Source: the human T2T-CHM13v2.0 reference genome, Homo sapiens. From it: a stretch of 64,000 bases of DNA. The translations under genes were made by a program, and so were the position numbers. Positions within the stretch are counted from its first letter, which is position 1; each line of letters opens with the position of its first letter. The notes under the pieces are model-generated. The model searched no databases. It worked only from the letters and a program-made list of their open reading frames with translations, and was not told where the DNA came from. This document shows positions 42,350 to 61,448 of the stretch, one piece after another. The stretch lies in the NCBI RefSeq assembly GCF_009914755.1, contig NC_060938.1; one strand, given 5' to 3'.

Positions 42350-43799
42350 CATACCCCAGTGGCACCTGGATCCCCAGCAAGACAGAACCATTCATTTCCC
42401 TGGAAAGGGGGCTGAAGCCAGGAAGCCAAGTGATCTCACACAGCGGGTCCCACTTCCACAGAGCCCAGCAAGCTAAAAACCACCGGCTTGAAATTCTCGC
42501 TGCCGGCACAGCAGTCTGGAGTCGACCTGGGACGATCAAACTTGGCAGGGGGAAGAGGTGTCCACCATTATTGAGGCTTGAGTAGGCGGCTTTCCCCTGA
42601 CCATGCTAGGGACTGGGCGGAACTCAACACAGCACAGCAAAGTGACTGTGGCCAGACTGCCTCTCTAGATTCCTCTTCACTGGGCAGGGCATCTCTGAAA
42701 GTTAGGTAGCAGCCCCAGTCAGGGGCTTATAAATAAAACTCCCACTGCCCTGGGACAGATCACCTGGGAGAAGGGGCAGCTGTGGGCACAGCTTCAGTGG
42801 ACTTGAACATTCCTGCCTGCCGGCTCTGAAGACAGTGGCGGATGTTGACAAGAAGGGTTCTCCCAGCACAGCGCTCAAGCTCTGCTAAGGGACAAGCTGC
42901 CTCCTCCAGTGGGTCCCTGACCCCTGTTCCTCCTGATTGGGAGAGACCTCTCAACAGGGGTTGACAAACACCTCATACGGAAGAGCCCCTGCTGGCATCA
43001 GGCCTGTGCCCCTCTGGGACAAAGCTTCCAGAGGAAGAAGCAAGCAGCAATCTTTGCTGTTCTGCAGCCTCCGCTGGTGATACCCAGGCAAACAGGGCCT
43101 GGAGTGGACCTCCAGCCAACTGTAGCAAACCTGCAGAAGAGGGGCCTGTTAGAAGAAAAACTAACAAACAGAAAGCAATAACATCAACATCAACAAAAAA
43201 GGACTCCCACACACAGAAACCCCAACCAAAGGTCATCAACCTCAAATATCAAAGGCAGATGAATCCACAAAGATGAGGAAAACCCAGCGCAAAAATGCTG
43301 AAAATTCCAAAAACCAGAATGCCTCTTCTCCTCCACATGATCACAACTCCTCTCCAGCAAGGGCACAAAACTGGACAGAGAATGAGTTTGACGAATAGAC
43401 AGAAGTAGGCTTCAGAAAGTGGGTAATAACAAACTCCTCTGAGCTCAAGGAGCATGTTCTAACCCAATGCAAGGAAGCTAAGAACCTCGACAAATGGTTA
43501 CAGGAACTGCTAACTAGAATAACCAGTTTAGAGGAGAATATAAATGACCTGATGGAGCTGAAAAACACAGCACAAGAACTTCGTGAAGCACACACAAGTA
43601 TCAATACCCAAATGAATGAAGCGGAAGAAAGGATATCTCTGAATCAAATAAAGTGTGAAGACAAGATAAGAGAAAAAAGAATGACAAGGAACAAACAAAG
43701 CCTCCACGAAATATGTGAAGACACCAAACCTACGATTCATTGGTGTACCTGAAAAGTGATGGCGAGAATGAAACCAAGTTCTTAGAAACCAACAAGAAT

Positions 43800-44101
43800 G
43801 GCCAGGCGCAGTGGCTCACGCCTGTAATCCCAGCACTTTGGAGGCCAAGGCAGGTGGATCACAAGGTCAGGAGATTGAGACCATCCTGGCCAACTTGGTG
43901 AAACCCGGTCTCTGCTAAAAATGCAAAAATTAGCTGGGCATGGTGGCGCGTGCCTATAGTCCAGCTACTCAGGAGGCTGAGGCAGGAGAATGGCTTGAAC
44001 CCAGGGGGCAGAGGTTGCAGTGAGCCAAGATCATGCCACTGCACTCCAACCTGGGCAACAGAGCAAGACTCCATCTCAAAAAAAAAAAAAAGAAAGAAAA
44101 A
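43800..44101 (+). mobile_element. Alu (AluSc-like) inside the L1
   Basis: ggatcacaaggtcaggagattgagaccatcctggcc; TSD agaaaccaacaagaat / agaaacaaacgagaac. Confidence 0.95.
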
Positions 44102-47100
44102 AGAAACAAACGAGAACAAAGAGACAACATACCAGAATCTCTGGGACACAACTAAAGCAGTGTTTAAAGAGAAATATATAGCACTAAATGCCCACATCAG
44201 AAAGTGTGAAAGATCTAAAGTTGACATCCTAACATCACAATTAAAAGAACTAGAGAAGCAAGAAGAAACAAATTCAAAAGCTAGCAGATGACAAGAAATA
44301 ACTAAGATCACAGCAGAACTGAAGGAGATAGGGACGTGAAAAATGCTTCAAAAAAATCAGCGAATCTAGGAGCTGGTTTTTTGAAAAGATTAACAAAATA
44401 GATAGACCACTAGCCAGACTAATAAAGAAGAAAAGAGAGAAGAATCAAATGGACACAATAAAAAAAAATAAAGGGAATATCACCACTGATCCTACAGAAA
44501 GACAAACTACTATCAGAGAATACTATAAACACCTCTATGTAAATAAACTAGAAAATCTTCAAGAAATGGATAAATTCCTGGACAAATACACCCTCCCAAG
44601 ACTAAACCAGAAAGAAGTCGAATGCCTGAATAGACCAATAACAAGTTCTGAAATTGATACAGTAATAAATTGCTTACCAACCAAAAAAGCCCAGGACCAG
44701 ATGGATCACAGCCAAATTCTACCAGAGGTACAAAGAGGAGCTGGTACCATTCCTTCTGAAACTATTCCAAACAGTAGAAAAAGAGGGACTTCTCCCTAAC
44801 TCATTTTATGAGGCCAGCATCATCGTAATTCCAAAACCTGGCAGAGACACAACAAAAAAAGAAAATTTCAGGCCAATATCCCTGATGAACATCGATGCAA
44901 AAATCCTCAATAAAATACTGGCAAACCGAATCCAGCAGCACATCAACAAGCTTATCCACAGTGATCAAGTTGGCTTTATCCCTGGGATGCAAGGCTGGTT
45001 CAATATATGCAAATCAATAAATGTAATCCATCACATAAACAGAACCAATGACAAAAATGACATGATTATCTCAATAGATGCAGAAAAGACCATCAATAAA
45101 ATTCAACACCCTTCATGCTAAAAGCTCTCGATAAACTCGGTATTGAGGGAACATATCTCAAAATAATAAGAGCTATTTATGACAAACTCATAGCCAATAT
45201 CATACTGAATGGGCAAAAGCTGGAAGCATTCCCTTTAAAAACCATCACAAGACAAGGATGCCCTCTCTCACAACTCCTATTCAACATAGCATTGGAAGTT
45301 CTGACCAGTGTAATCAGGCAAGAGAAGGAGATAAAGGGTATTCAAATAGGAAGAGAGGAAGTCAAATTGTCTTTGTTTGCAGATGACATGATTGTATATT
45401 TAGAAAACCCCACCGTCTCAGCACAAAAACTCCTTAAGCTAATAAGCAACTTCAGCAAAGTCTCAGGATACAAAATCAATATGCAAAAACTACAAGCATT
45501 CCTATACACCAATAATAGACAAGCAGAGAGCCAAATCATGAGTGAACACTCATTCACAATTGCTACAAAGAGAATAAAATATCTAGGAATACAACTTACA
45601 AGGGACGTGAAAGACCTCTTCAAGAACTACAAACCACTGCTTAAGGAAATGAGAGAGGACACAAACAAATGGAAAAACATTCCATGCTCATAGATAGGAA
45701 GAATCAATATTGTGAAAATGGCCATACTGCCCAAAGTAATTTATAGATTCAATGCTATTCCCATCAAACTATCATTGACTTTCTTCACAGAACTAGAAAA
45801 AACTACTTTAAATTTCATATCGAACCAAAAAAGAGCCCATATAGCCAAGACAATCCTAAACAAAAAGAACAAAGCTGGAGGCATCACACTACCTGACTTC
45901 AAACTATACTACAAGGCTACAGTAGCCAAAACAGCATGATACTACTACCAAAACAGATATATAGACCAATGGAACAGAATAGAGGCCTCAGAAATAACAC
46001 CACACATTTACAACCATCTGATCTTTGACAAACCTGACAAAAACAAGCAATGGGGAAAGGATTCCCTATTTAATAAATGGTGCTAGGAAAACTGGCTACC
46101 CACATGCAGAAAACAGAAACTGGACCCTTTGGTTAGGCCTTATACAAAAATTAATTCGAGATGAATTCAAGACTTAAACATAAGACTTAAAACCATAAAA
46201 ACCCTAGGAGAAAACCTAGGCAATACCATTCAGGACATAGGCATGGGCAAAGACTTCATGACTAAGGCTTGAACACAGTTGGATACTTCTGCTTTCCTGA
46301 ACTGAAAGCTGCAGGACAAGATAGTGGTCAGTCCAAGACTCAGACCAATGGGTCTTAAGATGAGGAGCAGGATTATCTTGCACATGTCCATCATAAGAAA
46401 TTCAGAAAACACAGAAAAAAGCCAAGAAGAAAACATAAACTACCAAATTACTTGTCAAGAGATACTCAGCATTTATAGTTTGGCGGATATTTTTCTAGCA
46501 TTTCCAAAACAAAATCATACTAAGATACTATTTATTGATTTGTTCTTAATAAAATACTATAGATACTTTTTATATTAGCAAATATTGATCTATAATTATA
46601 TAATTATTTAATGGCTACATAATATTCTATGTTATGGTTTTATGATTACTTATTTAGCCAGTCAACTATTGGCCAGAATAGTTAAAATTGACACTGCTCC
46701 TTGAACTATGGAGTCTGAATTCTTTCAAAGATATGCTTTGGGCTGATTACCTATCTGGTATAATTTACTGTATTTTTCTATTGCAGAATTTATTAAGTTA
46801 TACAAAATTTGTTTAATAAAAATACTTCTACTGTATAATACAATCTCTGGAGAAAATATGTTTTAAATAATACTCTAAGTTACCCTAAAAGCAAAGCTTG
46901 ATTTAAAAACTGGATGTGGAAGGCTGGTTATAATATAAACAACCAAAAAACCTATTAAAAAGACCACAATAAATCAGTTGAGAAATAGAAATCCTAGTTG
47001 TAGCAACTACTTACATCCATAACCCGAGCCTTCATCGTAGAATGGAAGTTATCTTTTTTAACTGCCTGCTTACACACTAAGAACTGGGAGGAAAATTGAA

Positions 47101-47914
47101 AACACACAAACATCCACATAAAAACACATGCACCAAAACAAACACACAAAGCAAATTACAGATGCCTACCCAATTACATTTCCTAGTGGGACTGAAAAGT
47201 AATCAACTCTAATCAGATAATTAAGAACATAGGATGTAAACCATGCCAAATTTGTCTTGATCTCAGATCCAGTTCCTTTTAAAGTGCAGACATGATTACT
47301 GCCTCATTTACATATTATGACTCATCTTCTGACTGTACATAAGCCCTCAAAAACAGGGTGATTACTCCACTAAAGTTGGAGCACATGCAGTGTTAAAGGC
47401 AGCACAGATACCTGATCCTTCTACATAGATTAATTCTTTAAAACAATATTTGCCTCAAACAAACAACAAAGTAATTTTGAGCTTTTATTTGCCTAACTTT
47501 TGTTATACATAACACCTTAGCCATGGCAATCCTACTGCCCATATTTTCAAAATATGTCTGATTTTAAATGTTCACTGCTGCATACCTTGTCTTCTTTTTT
47601 AGGCTGAAAAATACAGCCTTCCTAATGATAAGGAACATAAAAGAGAGTCCCATTGCTGGCAAGGAACCCTCATGGGAAGACCAGAAACACACAGCTAAAC
47701 AGGATAAGCTGGTAGAGAAGTAAAATGTACATAATAGAGTACCCAGAAGCTCAGAGGAGTGATAATCATCCTAGCTTCTTTGTAATCCAAGGCTTTATAA
47801 CATATATGTAAATTAGAACTCAGAGCTGTACATCTAAGTATGTTAATAACTTTAAATAGATTTGAAGATTGAAAAGCACACCTGTAGTGTTAATGAAACA
47901 GAAATAATCTGAAA

Positions 47915-48030
47915 CAGTGCTCTCCAAACATTTTAATCACATGCTCCCTCAGTAAAAAATATTTGATCACTCACCCCCAATACCTGTATATTTATTTGTT
48001 TATAAATATATCCTTGTACTGTTGTCCTTA
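47915..48030. mobile_element. Possible hAT-Charlie MITE fragment
   Basis: cagtgctctccaaaca terminus typical of Charlie-family TIRs; family not assigned. Confidence 0.4.
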
Positions 48031-48190
48031 GCTACTATTATTTGGCACAATATATACTTTTGATGAGCTTAATCATTAACAACTGTGGATTAGTCGTGTA
48101 TTTTTTAAAGTCTTCTTAATGGCAATCGTTTTGTGATTGTTTTGTGATGTGATTGATAAAGAATTTTTAAATTAGGCCCTGCCTTTTTTT

Positions 48191-55166
<6,976 letters not shown>

Positions 55167-55174
55167 GGAAAGAA

Positions 55175-55284
55175 AAAGGAAAGGAAAGGAAAGGAAAGGA
55201 AAGGAAAGGAAAGGAAAGGAAAGGAAAGGAAAGGAAAGGAAAGGAAAGGAAAGGAAAAGAAAAGAAAAGAAAGGAAAGGAAAGG
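55175..55284 (+). repeat. (AAAGG)16(AAAAG)3(AAAGG)3 pentanucleotide repeat derived from the L1 poly(A) tail
   Basis: direct count. Confidence 0.97.
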
Positions 55285-55298
55285 AAATTAGGACTAGG

Positions 55299-55591
<293 letters not shown>

Positions 55592-56496
55592 AAATTATGA
55601 CTAGGACTGTCCTAATTCCATTTCCTGTAGTTCTTCTGCATTATTAGTTTCTCCCAAAGCCAAAATTCTTTGGCTAGAATCTTTTTAAACCACTTGTTAA
55701 TTTTGTGATAGTTGTCGTTTAAATCTAGATTACAATCTACAGATCCACCCAATCAGGTGCATATGTACTGCAAAATATTGCAACATGTTGAGCCCCTACA
55801 TCATTCATCTCATTTATTTTTTGACATATGACATGTGACATGTATACTAAGCTAAATGCTAGTACCAATCTGCATATTAAATATTAGTAAAGCTTAATTA
55901 ATTCCCATATATAAGACACTAATTAATTTTAATTAATATTGAGTTCTATATAAGAAAGTCCAGGTCACAAGATTACTTCAGACCAAAACAACAAGACAAA
56001 AGCACGCAAGTACATAAGAAACAACTTCCACATAAGTTCAGTCAAAAGGGCTCATCTAATCTTTATACTTTCCAGAAACAACTCCATAGAACATATAGTA
56101 ATAAACCATGGTATTGTCCTCTGTTACACCTCAGTATTTCTTCATTACTTTCTATCCTTCCCATTGGTTCCATCTTCTTTCCAAACAATGAATATTTATG
56201 AAATTCATTTCTCAGCTGACAAAATCCCGACTTAGTACACATTGGGACACTCTCCAAGTTCATAGACTCTCCATTGAGCTCTCCACCAACCTATCCATTA
56301 AGCCCTTGGTCATCTGTTCTAATACAAGGACCCTGTCTAAAGTAATCACCTATCACCAGGCAAATTGAGATCCATCGAACTCCTCTGAATTTTCTCATTT
56401 TCCTCAGTCCCTCATATTCTTCAGTTGACATCTCAGTCAGGATACCTCAATTGCTTAAACACATTCAAAAAGACATAGAAAGCCACTCAACCTTAC

Positions 56497-56624
56497 CTTC
56501 ACATCCCTTTCCAGTGCCCTAAGGGCATCACCACATGCAGCTGGTGTCAGAAAGAATCATTTATTGCACATCACGGTGTGCACACATTATGAATCAGAGT
56601 GCTGCAGATGCCTGCAGTCACCAC
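56497..56624 (-). other. Candidate non-coding exon (128 nt)
   Basis: tttaactatttcag| acceptor and AAG|GTAAGG donor; stops in all frames; non-repeat DNA. Confidence 0.35.
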
Positions 56625-58869
56625 CTGAAATAGTTAAACCTGCACTTCAGTCACTGCCATTTCTAGTACGTGCTAGGAAACCTTGACTGTCTCCATCATG
56701 GCCTCACTTCAGTCAAGGCTTCTGGACTTCCCGAGGAGCCCCCACCAAAAAATAAAAAAAAAGTATGGCTAAATAAAGCAAAACTCCACCAAAAAGTATA
56801 ACTGACTCATAATGTGTCTTAAAAATGTTTAACCTTGTATAGGTGAAAATACCAGCATAAAACAAATACCATCATACTCTAAATTTTAAATATGCTGGAT
56901 ACTGCTTTTTTCCCACAAGAAACAAACAAAATAATAATAATTTTTAAAGCCCACCTAATATGGAATTTGAAGTCATTACAATAATTTCAAGGTGTTGCTG
57001 TTTGGAGAAGTCTTTCTGGGGATTTACTTTAAAAAAAAATCTGAGTACTGTACAAAGTGGGGCAAATCTATTTCCAGACCAGACTCAAGGAAAGAAGTGA
57101 CTCTTCTAACCAATGAAGATGTATAATGGTCCCTCTCAGTCCCTCAGCATAGAAAACTTTTATTTTCCACAAAGGGAACAAAGACCCTGGAGAGAATTAC
57201 AGACACCACATGCTGAACCCCAGTGAGCCATTTTCATTAACAAGTAAAACAGTTAGTGCATTCCATAGCCTATTTGTGAGAAGTAAAAATATTATTCAGG
57301 AATCAATCAATTAATAAGTGATTCATTTGTGTTTAAGGACAGTCGAGAACAAAAAGAAAATTATGGAACTATAGCAATAAGGGCCCTGCAGCCAGAGGTG
57401 GACAGCAGGACAGATGGCCCAGGACACAAAGAAGATACAATGAAAAGGACCTGAACAACATAATAGAAATTGTCTCATTACTATATTGTAACTATATTAT
57501 TAGTTACTATATTCTTACTATACTTGTAACTATATTGCTATGGATTTGCATTGCCACTTTATGAAGTAAGAACTTGAAATTTGTTTCAAAAACACCACCT
57601 ACCCTTATACTGTGTCATTTATAAATGTAAGTAGTAAAGTGTTTAGAGATCACATTAATTCAGTCAATCTCTACAAAGTTTTTATTATCTGATTCAAAGA
57701 ACCCTTGCAGAGATCATGATCCATAGAGTTTTACTTTGGATGAGCCCTGCCTAACTATTATTTCTCAAGGACAGGAAATCCCAGTTAAGGAGAACCCTTA
57801 ATGAATACTCTTAGCTAAATTAGTTAAATTTTGTCTGAATGTGTCACAACTTACACTTATAAAAATAATTTTCATCAAATAAACTGTACATGTAAATAAA
57901 AAACCAACATGGAAATAAACACTTAAAATTAACAGTTTAATACCATAAAGGGTATTTTTAAGTCTTTTGACACTGTTTTAATGTGTTGGTGATATATGAC
58001 AGACCTATTATGTCTATATCCATTTTCTGGTAAAGGCCTGAATGCTAATAAAATATGTGCTATCCCTAAAGAGTAACTATCCTCCACCCCCAGGAAGTTG
58101 CATTAAAAAAATTGTTTCAGATGTTATAAATTATGTATTACTCACCTTGATTTCAGTCAAACTGATCATGGTTGCTTCACTTGAAATAAAAACAGCTTTA
58201 AAAATTTGGGATCAGAGCCATTTTCTTTCAGAGGAAATAAAAAGAAACAAAGCAGATATTGATTCTCTATTACCTACTATAGGTCTTTATTCATCTAAAC
58301 TAGGGAATACCCATCAGGACTTGCTGCTAGGGCATCAGGATGGTGAGTATGAGGTTTTTGGATCCGGACGTACGCCCTCTTCTGGGATTCTCTTCTTCTC
58401 TGAGGCTTTACTTACACATCATTCTCCACTACACTCAGCTACAGGAATGCTAATGTTCTTTATCCTGCCTGCATCAAACTGTAACAGAAAGCTTCAGAAA
58501 AATAAAACTTTCTCATTTTGATAGAAAGGATAAAACCAGCCTGGACCCATTTAAATTATTAAGGCCAGTCATAAAATTTGGGTAAATATATGGAAAGATA
58601 TTTTCCATATATATATATAGTAACTATAACTATATATATATAGTTATATATAGTTAGCTACACTAGTTAGCACTGTATACTAAACGCCATACCAAAACAT
58701 GCACAAGGTAGTGTATGCTGTAACACATTATGCTAAAGTAAGGTGCATGAGTACCAGAAATCATTCCCAAAGAAATTTAAATTACCAAGCCTTTACACTA
58801 ACATATATAGACAATTTGAAAGATATATCATCAAATCCCTACTGTCTTCTGAAATAGCTTTAAAGCCTG

Positions 58870-59035
58870 TGTATGATTCAGGGCTCTTTTGGTTGCAAGA
58901 GAAAAAAAAGATTCAAATCTGGTTAGCTAGACCAGCTCATGAAATTCAGGGAAATCATCCAACCAACTAGTAAGATAAGTAAAATATGCAGAGCTATAGC
59001 CAACCAGAACAGCTTGAGCTTGACTACTTCCTCCA

Positions 59036-59072
<37 letters not shown>

Positions 59073-59290
59073 CCTTATGACTTTCTATGATGTCCACCAC
59101 CAGAGAGAGACCACCTCACCAGTTCTCAATTTAAAAATTGAAAAATCCCAGGAAGGACTAAATGGCCAAGTCCAGGTCAGGAGGACAACTCTAGGCAGGG
59201 ATTTTGAAAGTACATCACAGCTAATATGTGATTCTGGCCTGAAAGAAAAGAGGAGTTTCAAGAGGAAGAGAGAGTGATGAGAAGACTAAA
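58870..59290 (-). mobile_element. Possible ancient MLT1 (J/K/L-type) LTR with (CT)n at 59041-59069
   Basis: tcagggctcttttggttgcaag..aga opening typical of old MLT1; weak elsewhere. Confidence 0.4.
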
Positions 59291-59328
59291 AGTCACATGT
59301 TCACTACAATATCATTCCATTGTGCAGT

Positions 59329-59566
59329 TAAGATCAAAAGAGGTTTTGGGAGTTTAGTTGTTTGAGAAATTTCCAAACTGCTTTCCACAGTGGCTAAACT
59401 AATTTTTACATTCCCACGAACAGTGTATAATCATTTGCTTTTACCCATAAGATCAAAAGAGGTTTTGGGAGTTTAGTTGTTTGAGAAATTTCCAAGCTGC
59501 TTTCCACAGTGGCTAAACTAATTTTTACAGTCCCACGAACAATGTATAATTATTTGCTTTTACCCA
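59329..59566. repeat. 119-bp tandem duplication (2 copies, 4 mismatches)
   Basis: 59329-59447 vs 59448-59566. Confidence 0.97.
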
Positions 59567-60207
59567 CAGCCTTACCAGCATCTGTTGTTTTTTGTCTTTT
59601 TAATTATAGCCATGCTGACTGATGTGTGATGGTGTCTGGAGGTTTTGATTTCCATTTTTGCAATGATTAATGAGGTAGAGCAGTTTTTCATGTTTGTTGG
59701 CCATTTACATGTCTTCTTTTGAGAAGCGTATGTTCATGTCCTTTGCCAATTCTTTAATAGGGTTATTCATTTTTGTTTGCTGAGTTGTTTTAAGTTCCCT
59801 ATAGATTCTGGATATTAGGCCTTTGTCAAATACATGCTTCGCAAATATTTTCTTCTATTCTATGGGTTGTCTGTTTACTCTGTTGATTGTTTCTTTTGCT
59901 GTGCAAAAGCTTTTTAGTTTAATTGGGTCCCACTTGTCAATTTTTGTTTCTGTTGCAATTGCTTTCGAGGACTTAGTCTTGAATTCTTTGCCAAGACCCC
60001 TGTCAGAATGGTATTTCCTATGTTTTCTTCAAGGAATTTTATAGTTTGAGATCTTGCACTTAAATCTTTAGCCCATCTTGAGTTAATTTTTGTATGTTGT
60101 GAAAGGTAAGGGTCTAGTTGCATTCTTCTGCAAATGGCTAGCCAGTTATCCCAGCACTATTTATTGAATAGGAGTCCTTTCCCATTGTTTATTTTTGTCA
60201 ACTTTGT
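59352..60207 (-). mobile_element. Old primate L1 ORF2 3' fragment (L1PA15-17/L1PB-like), lacking both ends
   Basis: tttgagaaat.tccaaactgctttccacagtggct..tttagtttaattgggtcccacttgtc..tttattgaataggagtcc. Confidence 0.88.
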
Positions 60208-61317
60208 GAATGATATTTTTAACAGTGTTTATTCTATTTTCACCTACTTGAAATTATAATTCCTGCTTTGCTTGGGGTATTAGAAAAATTGCTTTTTCAA
60301 GGAGAAAAAAAGAATAAAAAAGTACTTCCAGAAACAGACATGATTTATTCATTTTAAGTGAAGCATCAGAAAGAGAAAAGCATACTTAAAATACACAGTT
60401 TTTAAAAGTAAATATTTTTCTACATGGAATCTTATTGTAAGGCAAAATGTGTGAAAAGATGCTCTAAAGTCCAGTCAACTAGCCCACAAATCAGTGGGTT
60501 CATCTGCTTGCTTGAGTTATTCTCTTTGTCATACTTGCTCTCTTACTTTCTTCTGAGGGTGGCTACATGGATATACATATACAAGTAAACTCTCTGCAAC
60601 TAGAAACCCTTGATACATTCTTTATTACTATAATAATAATATTCAGGGAGTACATTAGGACAGGTAAAATCTCCTCATTCACTTGTTAAGTATACCTGTA
60701 TTGATTTTTCTGTAACTATACTTTTAATAATTCATTACATATGTTTCCCCATGTATGTTTTATAGAATTGATTCTACATCACTACTCATATCTAGATGGT
60801 AATAGAGACATTCTCCCCCAAACTCACTTAACACTGCATAGATCTTCAAAGCAGATATAAGCTTCAAAGCTTTAAAATGTATATAGACACGTGTATGTGT
60901 ATGTGCATGTGTGTGTAACTTAGAATACTGTGTCTTTGAAGTAGTCATTTTAGAAGTTTGTAGCATGCCAGAAAATTTTACTGTTATTGAAGGAAACTTT
61001 TCTGTGAGATCATTTTTATCCCCTCAAGAGCTAGGTTCTACTTATCCACCAACACCTCAACCCACAAAAAGCTGCTATAGGGCTCCCTATCTACCCAGGC
61101 ATATGGAACACAATGGCCTAATGAACCCTGACAGGTGTCATTGATTTTAACATATCTAAATACCCAGGTGGCATTTATTTTCTTTAACCTTCAGTGACCA
61201 CTTGGCTTGCAAGATCCCTCTTCAGCTGTCTCTTCCCACTGTGACAACCTAGATTGGTAGCGAGTCAGGGACTCAACAAGAAAAGCCAGTAAACCTGAAG
61301 CACTGGCCATGCCTCAC

Positions 61318-61448
61318 CTGGGCACCACTCAGAAGACATGGACGTAAGATTCCTCAGGGAAACAGCCCACCTAGCCAAAACAGTACCCGCAAAGTTAGAA
61401 ACCATTCAAACGGATTCTCATGTGTGTCCTAGGAGAGGCCAAAGAGAC
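61318..61448 (-). other. Candidate non-coding exon (131 nt, or 111 nt from the alternative acceptor at 61428)
   Basis: ttttttacag| or ctctcctag| acceptors; CAG|GTGAGG donor; stops in all frames. Confidence 0.3.

Larger units (their letters stand above)
41903..46265 (+). mobile_element. L1PA7/8-like LINE: intact 5' UTR, internal ORF1-ORF2 deletion, 3' end missing
   Basis: caagatggccgaataggaacagc 5' end; ORF1 from about 43273; ORF2 RT fragments (45115-45693 ..[16 protein letters not shown]..); ends abruptly at gacttcatgactaa. Confidence 0.92.

Noticed and set aside
44449-45939. Reverse-transcriptase-like ORFs (FADD motif) as a functional gene
   Set aside because: Frameshifted, stop-interrupted L1 ORF2 in an element lacking its endonuclease and 3' end
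57476-57540. Repeated actatatt units
   Set aside because: Low-complexity AT-rich slippage with no further structure
58042-58521. 159-aa ORF in unique DNA
   Set aside because: No recognisable domain or supporting gene structure; compatible with chance in 64 kb
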